Source of the DNA: a virus
Lineage: Duplodnaviria; Caudoviricetes
IMG/VR virus record: IMGVR_UViG_3300016484_000084
Span: 1 to 30,288 of that record
Reading direction: 5' to 3' (one strand)
Length of the DNA: 30,288 nucleotides
The notes under the pieces are model-generated. The model saw nothing but the letters and a program-made list of their open reading frames with translations, was not told the origin of the DNA and ran no database searches. Position numbers and translations under genes: made by a program. Shown in pieces: positions 1 through 7,268 of the stretch. The stretch's first letter is position 1. Each line of letters opens with the position of its first letter.

Positions 1-2
1 AA

Positions 3-71
3 GCCATTGGAAACGGACAAGTCCCATTGTGTGCCGCAACAGCATGGAGATTTTTGAATGACCAAATCTGA
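3..71 (+). CDS. C-terminal end of a C5 cytosine DNA methyltransferase (partial)
   Basis: Frame 3 reads AIGNGQVPLCAATAWRFLNDQI*, matching C5-MTase motif X (GNxxxP); not in the ORF track. Confidence 0.7.
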   Translation, partial: AIGNGQVPLCAATAWRFLNDQI

Positions 72-258
72 AGCAAACCAAATTCTTGATCGAGTAAAAA
101 ATGGAATCCCAACAGCAACCATCCAAATCACAGAAGCGCTCCTCACAACGGGAGATATTGGAGTTAATGAGGCAAACAGAAGCCTTGGAGTGGTTAGATC
201 GTTACCAAGAGCAGATTTATCAGCATGGCAGGAACCATGCGAGAGTTTGGTGGGATAA
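58..258 (+). CDS. Hypothetical phage protein
   Basis: 66-aa ORF starting inside the MTase 3' end, GGAG upstream; overlaps the next ORF. Confidence 0.5.
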   Translation: MTKSEANQILDRVKNGIPTATIQITEALLTTGDIGVNEANRSLGVVRSLPRADLSAWQEPCESLVG

Positions 259-358
259 GACGATTGCAGACATTAAGCGCATCCGTGGCGAGAAAGCCGC
301 TAACCAACTGCGCGAAACCATGAACCGACTGAAAAATGAGATACGCAAAAAGAGTTGA
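167..358 (+). CDS. Hypothetical helical phage protein (start uncertain; ATG 167 follows GGAG)
   Basis: In-frame part of ORF 101..358: MRQTEALEWLDRY... Confidence 0.5.
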   Translation: MRQTEALEWLDRYQEQIYQHGRNHARVWWDKTIADIKRIRGEKAANQLRETMNRLKNEIRKKS

Positions 359-602
359 TGCCAACCAAGAGCAGATCGTTTCAGCCCTCCGCGCTGCTGG
401 CGCTTACGTCTGGATCATTGGCCTACCAGTTGACCTTTTGGTTGGCTACAAAGGCCAGACATTTCTGGTCGAGGTCAAAACGGACTCTAAAAAGCGTTTA
501 ACGGCCCTACAAGCAGATTTTTTTGAGAATTGGTCTGGAAGTACGCTGGCGCGTATCGATGGGCCTGAAGCCGCATTAAGAATGATTGGAGTTGTGAAAT
601 GA
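336..602 (+). CDS. PD-(D/E)XK nuclease, VRR-NUC/resolvase-like
   Basis: PVDLLVGYKGQTFLVEVK catalytic pattern; N-terminal RVDANQ. Confidence 0.75.
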   Translation: MRYAKRVDANQEQIVSALRAAGAYVWIIGLPVDLLVGYKGQTFLVEVKTDSKKRLTALQADFFENWSGSTLARIDGPEAALRMIGVVK

Positions 603-1441
603 ATCCGTTTTTGATAAATGAACCCACTTGCATTAGTTTTTCTGGCGGCAGAACGTCAGCTTATATGCTTTGGCGGGTGCTTGAAGCGCATGGCGGCAAG
701 TTGCCAGATGATGCTGTGGTGTGTTTCGCCAACACAGGGAAGGAAGATGAGGCGACTTTGCGTTTTGTTCGTGATTGTGAAACGCATTGGAATGTGCCGA
801 TTGTTTGGCTTGAATATCAAGACGCTGAAGAATCAAAAGATAGATTCAAAGTCGTGACGTATGAAACAGCCAGCAGAAACGGTGAGCCATTTGAAGCTGT
901 CATTCGCAAGAAAAACTATTTACCAAATCCTGTGACTCGTTTTTGCACGATTGAAATGAAAATCCGAACGATAGCCAATTATTTGTTTTCAATCGGATTA
1001 TGCGAAACAAGGTCGGAAGGAGAATATATGTCTTGGGTTGGTATAAGGGCAGACGAGCCTCGCAGATCAGCCAAAATTCCACGAGACAGGACTCCATTGG
1101 TGACTGCTGGTGTTGGCAAAGAAGAAATAGGAGAATTTTGGAAACGCCAACCATTTGACCTTGAGTTGCCTAATTTCAATGGAGTTACATATCACGGGAA
1201 TTGCGATTTATGTTTTCTCAAGGGTGAATCTCAAACCAGAAGCCTGATTGCAGAAAAACCTGAACGAGCATTATGGTGGGCAAAAATGGAGGCTCTGGCT
1301 CTGGCTCTGGCAAGCAAGCCTGATGGTGCGCGGTTTAGAAAAGACCGAGATTCTTACCAATCCATGTACAACTATGCGCTGAATCAAGTGCCAATGTTTG
1401 ACAACCCCGACGAATCTATTGCTTGTTTTTGTGGAGATTAA
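599..1441 (+). CDS. PAPS reductase-like / adenine nucleotide alpha-hydrolase family protein
   Basis: PP-loop SFSGGRTS, FANTGKE, RFCT, GIRADE, GNCDLC, terminal CFC. Confidence 0.85.
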   Translation: MNPFLINEPTCISFSGGRTSAYMLWRVLEAHGGKLPDDAVVCFANTGKEDEATLRFVRDCETHWNVPIVWLEYQDAEESKDRFKVVTYETASRNGEPFEAVIRKKNYLPNPVTRFCTIEMKIRTIANYLFSIGLCETRSEGEYMSWVGIRADEPRRSAKIPRDRTPLVTAGVGKEEIGEFWKRQPFDLELPNFNGVTYHGNCDLCFLKGESQTRSLIAEKPERALWWAKMEALALALASKPDGARFRKDRDSYQSMYNYALNQVPMFDNPDESIACFCGD

Positions 1442-1776
1442 TGATGAATGAACCAAACAAAGCCGTTGACTACATCCTGAAACACTCAGCCGAGTATGCC
1501 GAGGCCAAAAGCCGCCGTGTATACCTTGAGGAATTCAGAAAAACAAAAAAAGCCTTGTTGATGAAAGATGCGCTGGAGCGAGGAATTGAGGCCGCCAACG
1601 CACAAGAGCGCGAGGCTTACGCTCATGTTGAATATGTAGACCTGCTCAAAGGGTTGGCAGAGGCGATTGCGATTGAGGAAACGTTGAAATGGAACTTGGA
1701 AGCTGCAAGGATGCGAACAGACATCTGGCGCACAGAACAGGCAAATAATCGAACAATTGAAAGGGTAACGCAATGA
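1441..1776 (+). CDS. Coiled-coil phage protein (weakly UvsY-like)
   Basis: TAATG coupling at 1439-1443; helical sequence with EREAYAH..Y and WRT.QANNR. Confidence 0.7.
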   Translation: MMNEPNKAVDYILKHSAEYAEAKSRRVYLEEFRKTKKALLMKDALERGIEAANAQEREAYAHVEYVDLLKGLAEAIAIEETLKWNLEAARMRTDIWRTEQANNRTIERVTQ

Positions 1777-1814
1777 CACAAGATGAAATCATTGAGGCAA
1801 GGGGACAAAAGTGA
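1773..1814 (+). pseudogene. 13-aa mini-ORF MTQDEIIEARGQK, probable collapsed gene remnant
   Basis: ATGA overlap with the upstream stop and GTGA overlap with the downstream start. Confidence 0.4.
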
Positions 1815-2266
1815 GAAAGCGTTGCAAAAGAAAAGTCTATGCTTTGGTTAACCCCATTGATATGGCAATTCAGGGGGCTTGCATTACCGCTGAGCAACCT
1901 TTGCAGCAACTCAGATTAGGAGAATTGTCGGCCTTGGACGCAATGAAACGTGGCATGGGGACAGTAGAGGATTGGCGCATTCTGACGGACATGATGAACA
2001 TTGCCGAACAAATGGGGAAAGACGGAATCGGGCCAGAGGTTTTGCCCTGGTGCGAACAGGCCCAGCAAAGTCTTTATAAAGCCGCCAAACGATATGAAAA
2101 CACAAAACTCATGGGTTTAGACGGTCAAGGCATTAAAGCGCTAACAGAGGTGTTTGAATATCACGACTTGCAACGCACAAACATAGCCAGATCAGTCTAT
2201 GAAAAAGAAATTGAGAAAACTCGCAATCGAATCAAATCACACGGAAAGGATGTTGTTGCAATATGA
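1811..2266 (+). CDS. Hypothetical phage protein
   Basis: 151-aa ORF, GTG start, ATGA-coupled to the next gene. Confidence 0.75.
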   Translation: MRKRCKRKVYALVNPIDMAIQGACITAEQPLQQLRLGELSALDAMKRGMGTVEDWRILTDMMNIAEQMGKDGIGPEVLPWCEQAQQSLYKAAKRYENTKLMGLDGQGIKALTEVFEYHDLQRTNIARSVYEKEIEKTRNRIKSHGKDVVAI

Positions 2267-2628
2267 GCGTGTCTAAAGCAATTCTGGACGCATTGGGATA
2301 CATTGGGCCGATGACGGGGGCAGAGATTTCACAGGAAATCAACTACCCAATCCGGCGCACACACGGAATCACGCAGAGATTGAGAAAAGAGTTGCCAAAG
2401 CGTCCAAAGCGCATTTACGTCAAAGATTATGTGTTTGATGACGATGGAGCAAGGCGGTATCCAAGGCCAGTGTTTGCATTGGGGGACTTGCCTGACAAGC
2501 CAAAGCCAAAATCCGATCCAAAAGAAATCAGAGCCAGATACGAGGCCAAAAAGAAACTGAAAGTAAACTCGGTCTGGATGTTGGGATGGTCAAGAGAAAA
2601 AAGAAGAGAACATGGCAAACGCATTTGA
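2263..2628 (+). CDS. Putative winged-helix DNA-binding protein
   Basis: N-terminal ILDAL..GPMTGAEISQE HTH-like segment; basic protein. Confidence 0.6.
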   Translation: MSVSKAILDALGYIGPMTGAEISQEINYPIRRTHGITQRLRKELPKRPKRIYVKDYVFDDDGARRYPRPVFALGDLPDKPKPKSDPKEIRARYEAKKKLKVNSVWMLGWSREKRREHGKRI

Positions 2629-2869
2629 TTGGAAAAACTGGGTATGTCCAGTAAACGGCAAACCCAAATGGGGTGCGCAAAACCTAGACAAGCAACGAGG
2701 GCAATCTGTTGCTCAAAGGCTTGAAGAGGCCAGGATGGAAAACCGTGGGTATGGAACGGTTACTGGGTTGTCAAAAAAGGCTGAGATCAACCTGCTGCCA
2801 AAAGACTTCCATGTTTTTACAAGAGCGAGGCCAAGTGCAAATTCCAAAACACCAATACGTCAGAAGTAA
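2612..2869 (+). CDS. Hypothetical phage protein
   Basis: 85-aa ORF overlapping both neighbours in operon fashion. Confidence 0.55.
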   Translation: MANAFDWKNWVCPVNGKPKWGAQNLDKQRGQSVAQRLEEARMENRGYGTVTGLSKKAEINLLPKDFHVFTRARPSANSKTPIRQK

Positions 2870-3158
2870 AGCCCTGCTCAAGGCTGTTTCAAGCCTAGAT
2901 TGCCAGCATTGCGGGTCTCCTTACATGGTTCAGGCTGCTCACACAAACTGGGGGCATGGCAAAGGTCGGGGAATCAAGGCCGATGACAACATGACCGCTG
3001 CGCTTTGTCTCAAATGCCATTACGAGGTAGATCAAGGCAAAAATTTGAGCCGCGAGGAACGTCAAGCATTATGGCTTGGAGCGCATAAAAGAACAGTACA
3101 AACCCTCATTGCAAAAGGCGAATGGCCTGATGGTGTGCCATTGCCAGAAATGGTATGA
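2835..3158 (+). CDS. Zn-binding HNH-like protein (DUF1364/DUF968/Ref-like)
   Basis: CQHC...AAH...GRGIKADD...LCLKCH; GTG 2835 follows GAGG. Confidence 0.7.
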   Translation: MQIPKHQYVRSKALLKAVSSLDCQHCGSPYMVQAAHTNWGHGKGRGIKADDNMTAALCLKCHYEVDQGKNLSREERQALWLGAHKRTVQTLIAKGEWPDGVPLPEMV

Positions 3159-3159
3159 T
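3151..3159 (+). promoter_or_regulatory. Extended -10 promoter candidate (TGgTATGAT)
   Basis: TGn-TATGAT ending 7 nt before ATG 3166; no SD in between. Confidence 0.4.
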
Positions 3160-3165
3160 GTAAAC

Positions 3166-3525
3166 ATGGAAAAAGAAGTCGCCTCTTTTGTGTCCGTCCT
3201 GTTGCATAGTTCAACTGTGACGCATTTCATGCATTGGGCGACAGATTCTTATGCCAAACATCAAGCCCTGGGCGAATACTACGATGCCATCATTGATCTG
3301 GTGGACGAGTACGCTGAGGCATTCATGGGGAAATACGGGCAACTAAAAACGTTTCCTGAAGATTTCCATTTGGCAGAGGAACCCGTAGAGTATCTTTCAT
3401 CCATCAAAGATTTCATTGAGGAAAGCCGGGAGCATCTGCCGCAAGACACGGAACTGATGAACTTGGTAGACGAAATTGCCGATCAAGTGAATTCAACACT
3501 GTATAAATTGCGTTTCTTGAGTTAA
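3166..3525 (+). CDS. Ferritin/Dps-like four-helix protein (DUF5856-like)
   Basis: HFMHW..SYAKHQALGEYYD...LVDEYAE; C-terminal TLYKLRFL. Confidence 0.75.
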   Translation: MEKEVASFVSVLLHSSTVTHFMHWATDSYAKHQALGEYYDAIIDLVDEYAEAFMGKYGQLKTFPEDFHLAEEPVEYLSSIKDFIEESREHLPQDTELMNLVDEIADQVNSTLYKLRFLS

Positions 3526-3530
3526 AAGAC

Positions 3531-3586
3531 GAAGCCCCAAAGCGGGAGACAATCGCAATGGGGCTTCTAACCACACAAAAGGGGTT
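3531..3586 (+). promoter_or_regulatory. Double hairpin in the 5' leader of the HNH gene
   Basis: GAAGCCCCA 3531-3539 pairs with TGGGGCTTC 3559-3567, inner GCGG/TCGC; AACC 3569-3572 pairs with GGTT 3583-3586 over the RBS. Confidence 0.6.
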
Positions 3587-3588
3587 GT

Positions 3589-4092
3589 ATGGCTGGTTTA
3601 AATTCTAACTTGACGCAAGATTTGTTACACGAAATTTTTGAATATCGTGATGGCGAATTGTTTTGGCGAGTAAACTCTGGCAACAGAAAAAACCTTGCTG
3701 GATCAAGGTTGAAAACAATAAACAATCATGGATATTTAACTGTTTGCATTCAGCAAAAACAGTACTTAGTTCATCGAGTGATCTATTCAATGTTTTATGG
3801 TGATTTTGATGGACTGATTGACCACATTGATGGCAATAGACTAAACAACCGCATTGAAAATCTAAGGTTGGCAACCCACAGTCAAAATAGTTTCAATTCA
3901 AAACTTTATAAAAACAATAAAACTGGCATCAAAGGTGTATCTTATGTCGCTAAAGACGATAAATTCATAGCTCGTTGTCAAACTAAAGGACAATCAAAGT
4001 ATTTGGGTTCTTTTGATTCTCTTGAGCAAGCGGATGCTGTTTTAAGGGCTTATCGTTTAAGCAGTCATAAGGAGTTTGCCAATCATGGATAA
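3589..4092 (+). CDS. HNH homing endonuclease with AP2-like C-terminal domain
   Basis: HRVIY...IDHIDGNRLNNRIENLR, NKTGIKGVS, YLGSF; more AT-rich than its flanks. Confidence 0.92.
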   Translation: MAGLNSNLTQDLLHEIFEYRDGELFWRVNSGNRKNLAGSRLKTINNHGYLTVCIQQKQYLVHRVIYSMFYGDFDGLIDHIDGNRLNNRIENLRLATHSQNSFNSKLYKNNKTGIKGVSYVAKDDKFIARCQTKGQSKYLGSFDSLEQADAVLRAYRLSSHKEFANHG

Positions 4093-4336
4093 AAATTGTA
4101 AGTCTTGTCGCTTTTATTCGCAAAACGGCAACGTTCTAGGGCTGTGTAAGCGTTTTCCCGAATACCAACACAAGTCTGAAAATGAATGGTGCGGTGAATA
4201 CGCCCCCAAAATGCTGGCGCTTCCAGTGATTGATCCTCCTCAAACTGACAGAATTACCATGACTTTGCCTGAAAACGATGGAACGGCAGAGGTTAAGCGT
4301 CGTGGTCGCCCAAAAAAGGAGTCAAACAATGTTTAA
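4085..4336 (+). CDS. Small Cys-rich protein with C-terminal AT-hook-like RRGRPK
   Basis: CKSC...CKRFP...WCGEY; KRRGRPKK; AAGGAG upstream. Confidence 0.7.
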   Translation: MDKNCKSCRFYSQNGNVLGLCKRFPEYQHKSENEWCGEYAPKMLALPVIDPPQTDRITMTLPENDGTAEVKRRGRPKKESNNV

Positions 4337-4613
4337 GCCATTGCACGACAAGATTATTGTCAAGCCTGAACAGCGTTTTCAATCAGCGTTGCTGGATTTA
4401 AGCCAGATGCAAGGCCCGGACACTGTGGGCCATGTGGTCGCGGTAAGCGAAGAAGCAAAGCGTCAGGGTTTAAGCGTTGGCGACAAAGTGCATTTTGGCA
4501 CTGTGGCAAGCGATGTGACGAATGAATATCTGAAGTTTGAGCCGATCATGATTGACGGGCAAAAGCATCTCAAAATGTCCTGGCAGGACGTTTGTTTTGT
4601 GGAGGAAGTATGA
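4329..4613 (+). CDS. groES: Co-chaperonin GroES-like protein
   Basis: KPLHDKIIVKP, GHVVAVS, VGDKVHF, IDGQKHLKMSWQDV; AAGGAG SD. Confidence 0.85.
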   Translation: MFKPLHDKIIVKPEQRFQSALLDLSQMQGPDTVGHVVAVSEEAKRQGLSVGDKVHFGTVASDVTNEYLKFEPIMIDGQKHLKMSWQDVCFVEEV

Positions 4614-4771
4614 AGCAAGGACTCTATGCCAACATCCACGCCAAGCGTGAGCGTATTGAACGCCAAAAAGCCGAGGGTAAACCCGTAGAAAAGATGCGTA
4701 AACCTGGGACAAAGGGTGCGCCAACTGCTCGAGCATTTAAGGACGCTGCGAAAACAGCGAAAAATAAATGA
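4610..4771 (+). CDS. Small basic phage protein (53 aa)
   Basis: MKQGLYANIHAKRERI...KGAPTARAFKDAAKTAKNK; GGAGG SD, ATGA coupling; below the ORF-track cutoff. Confidence 0.8.
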   Translation: MKQGLYANIHAKRERIERQKAEGKPVEKMRKPGTKGAPTARAFKDAAKTAKNK

Positions 4772-4905
4772 TGCAAGAAGTAATTAAGATTGCTATTGGT
4801 CAGCAAATGCACTTGGCAAAATTGGCCCTTGAGAAAAATCAAGAGCAAAACTGCTTTGCGTTTTTGTTTTTGGCTGAGTTTTACAAAGATATGTTGGAGG
4901 CGTAA
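4768..4905 (+). CDS. Hypothetical 45-aa protein
   Basis: MMQEVIKIAIG...FYKDMLEA; ATGA and TAATG coupling at its two ends. Confidence 0.6.
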   Translation: MMQEVIKIAIGQQMHLAKLALEKNQEQNCFAFLFLAEFYKDMLEA

Positions 4906-5183
4906 TGGCTACCAAGAAGCACGACAAACCAATTCCGCACAAGACAACGGGCAAGGACAAGACATATAACCCGACAGACAAGGGCGCGGGGATGACTGCC
5001 AAGGGCAGGGCTGAATACAACAAAAAGAACAACGCCAACCTTAAGCCGCCAGCGCCAAACCCCAAGACGGACAAAGACAAGGCCCGTAAAGCCAGTTTCT
5101 GTGCCCGTATGGAGGGTGTGGTCAAGAACGCCAAAGGGCCAACAGAACGTGCTAAAGCCAGCTTGAAGAACTGGAACTGCTGA
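4905..5183 (+). CDS. Small basic phage protein (DUF6321-like)
   Basis: GMTAKGRAEYN...RKASFCARM...SLKNWNC; GGAGG SD. Confidence 0.8.
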   Translation: MATKKHDKPIPHKTTGKDKTYNPTDKGAGMTAKGRAEYNKKNNANLKPPAPNPKTDKDKARKASFCARMEGVVKNAKGPTERAKASLKNWNC

Positions 5184-5386
5184 TGGATGTTGTTTACAAG
5201 ACCTATTGGTTCAGCAAGGCGGCCAAGCAGCAACTGAACTGGCTTAGAAAAAACAAAGGTGAGCCTGGGCTTATTTGCGCTTACCAAGAATTTGTGAAAG
5301 ACTACGACCGTAAATTACTGGAGTACGCCCATGCCTTTAATGAAGAGCAAAAGCGAAAAAGCGTTCAAGAGCAACATCAAGGCTGA
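5183..5386 (+). CDS. Hypothetical protein
   Basis: TGATG coupling; overlaps the next ORF by 56 nt. Confidence 0.5.
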   Translation: MDVVYKTYWFSKAAKQQLNWLRKNKGEPGLICAYQEFVKDYDRKLLEYAHAFNEEQKRKSVQEQHQG

Positions 5387-5483
5387 AGTTAAAGCGGGTA
5401 AACCCGTAAAACAGGCCGTGGCGATTGCGTATGAGGTCAAGCGCGAGGCCGCAAAGAAGCCCACACAGGCCAAAAAGAAATAA
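5331..5483 (+). CDS. Small basic phage protein (50 aa)
   Basis: MPLMKSKSEKAFKSNIKAEVKAGKPVKQAVAIAY...; GGAG SD; not in the ORF track. Confidence 0.8.
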   Translation: MPLMKSKSEKAFKSNIKAEVKAGKPVKQAVAIAYEVKREAAKKPTQAKKK

Positions 5484-5492
5484 AATTGCCAA

Positions 5493-5915
5493 ATGACTGA
5501 AACAGCAGAAAAACGCCCTGTTGGACGCCCAACCAAATACGACCCAGCATATTGCGAACAAGTCGTAGAGTTGGGAAAGCTCGGTAAATCCATCGAGCAA
5601 ATCTGCTACGACCTCAACACGCCTGTAAGAACTTTGTACGAATGGCGTGATCGTTACCCAGAATTTTCGCAAGCCTTGGAAGATGCAAAGGCATTTGAAC
5701 AAGCATGGTGGGAAAGTCAGGCTCATGCATACATGGTTGAAACCAAGGATGGGCCAAAACTCAATGCTTCTTTGTGGTCGCGTTCAATGGCTGCAAGGTT
5801 CCCGAAAAAGTATCGTGAAAGCACAAAGACAGAGATCACAGGGGCTGATGGATCACCGCTAGTGACAGGCATCCAAGTGACCTTTGTTAAACCAGATGAA
5901 GCTGGCGCACAGTAA
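5493..5915 (+). CDS. terS: Terminase small subunit
   Basis: GRPTKYDP, HTH segment TLYEWRDRYPEF, TEITGADG; directly upstream of TerL. Confidence 0.88.
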   Translation: MTETAEKRPVGRPTKYDPAYCEQVVELGKLGKSIEQICYDLNTPVRTLYEWRDRYPEFSQALEDAKAFEQAWWESQAHAYMVETKDGPKLNASLWSRSMAARFPKKYRESTKTEITGADGSPLVTGIQVTFVKPDEAGAQ

Positions 5916-5976
5916 TCCAAGCAATTCCGGACTCCTTCCTGGCTTGGAAGCTCCCTGCGCCAGCACCTATAAATGA
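5896..5976. other. Structured palindromic insert at the terS/terL junction, flanked by ATGA direct repeats
   Basis: GCTGGCGCA 5901-5909 / TGCGCCAGC 5956-5964; TCCAAGC 5916-5922 / GCTTGGA 5942-5948; apical GGA-CTCCT-TCC. Confidence 0.65.
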
Positions 5977-7268
5977 CCGCTGAAGTCCAAAACGCCATCA
6001 CCAAAGCGCAGTTTCCGCTGAAACTGCAATGCCTGTTTGAGCCTAAGTCAATCAGGTATCGAGTTCTTTATGGTGGTCGAGGCGGTGCAAAGTCATGGGG
6101 TGTGGCAAGGGCGTTGCTGATTAAAGCTGCCCAAAATCCTCTGCGTATCTTGTGCGCCCGTGAATTTCAATCGTCAATGAAAGACTCGGTTCACAAGCTG
6201 CTGTGCGACCAGATCATTGACTTGGGGCTTACAGGGTTCTATGAAATCACCCAAAACCAGATCAGGGGCGCAAACGGATCGGAATTCAACTTCATTGGCC
6301 TCAAGAACAACATTGCAAACGTCAAATCATCTGAGGGCGTGGATGTGTGCTGGGTTGAGGAAGCGCAGACCGTCAGCCGTTTGTCATGGGATGTGCTGAT
6401 TCCTACCATCCGTAAGGAAGGCTCTGAAATCTGGATTACGTTTAACCCGCACCTTGAGACAGACGAAACCTACAAGCGGTTTGTGCTGAATCCACCGCAT
6501 AACGCTGTGGTGCAGAAAATCAACTGGTCTGATAACCCGTGGTTTCCTGACACACTGCGGGACGAAAAAGACACCCTCAAAGCCCGAGATATTCAGGCTT
6601 ACAACACCGTTTGGGAAGGTTTGTGCCGCCAAACTGTTGATGGGGCCATCTTTGCCCGAGAAATGCAGATGGCTGACATGGAAGGTCGCATTACCAACGT
6701 GCCCTATGACCCAATCAAGCCTGTCCATGCCGTGTTTGACTTGGGTTGGTCTGATATGACCGCCATCTGGTTTGTGCAGTTCATTGGCATGGAAACCCGT
6801 TTGATTCGCTATTTCGAGATCAACCAAACCACGATGAGCGAAATCCTGGCAAAGATGCAGGCGTTTGGGTATATCTACGACACCCTGTGGCTCCCGCATG
6901 ATGCCGAACACAAAACCCTGGCATCTAATGGGCGCAGCATTGAAGAGATTGTCAGATCGGCTGGATTTAAGACCAAAATCCTTGAGCGCGTACCTGTGAC
7001 AGACTCCATTAACGCAGCTAGAACAATTTTTAGGTCGTGCTATTTCGATAGGAATAATTGTGAGCAAGGGCTACAATGCCTCAGACATTACCGCTACGAG
7101 GTTGACCTGGAAACAGGCCAATTCAGCAAGAATCCGCTGCATGACCATTATTCCCATGGTGCAGACGCTTTCCGCTATATTGGCTTAATGGTGAACGAAC
7201 CAAGAGGGCGGCAACGTCAGAAACCACAGCCGCAGTATTACGGCGGTTCAAACGCATGGATGGGTTAA
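5973..7268 (+). CDS. terL: Terminase large subunit (PBSX/Sf6-like)
   Basis: Walker A YGGRGGAKS, Walker B CWVEEA, TFNP, nuclease FDLG and HGADAFRY. Confidence 0.96.
   Translation: MTAEVQNAITKAQFPLKLQCLFEPKSIRYRVLYGGRGGAKSWGVARALLIKAAQNPLRILCAREFQSSMKDSVHKLLCDQIIDLGLTGFYEITQNQIRGANGSEFNFIGLKNNIANVKSSEGVDVCWVEEAQTVSRLSWDVLIPTIRKEGSEIWITFNPHLETDETYKRFVLNPPHNAVVQKINWSDNPWFPDTLRDEKDTLKARDIQAYNTVWEGLCRQTVDGAIFAREMQMADMEGRITNVPYDPIKPVHAVFDLGWSDMTAIWFVQFIGMETRLIRYFEINQTTMSEILAKMQAFGYIYDTLWLPHDAEHKTLASNGRSIEEIVRSAGFKTKILERVPVTDSINAARTIFRSCYFDRNNCEQGLQCLRHYRYEVDLETGQFSKNPLHDHYSHGADAFRYIGLMVNEPRGRQRQKPQPQYYGGSNAWMG

Noticed and set aside
5901-5964. terS/terL hairpin as a tRNA or intrinsic terminator
   Set aside because: No cloverleaf or T-loop consensus, and no U-tract on either strand
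6384-7067. 227-aa minus-strand ORF
   Set aside because: Antisense shadow of terL
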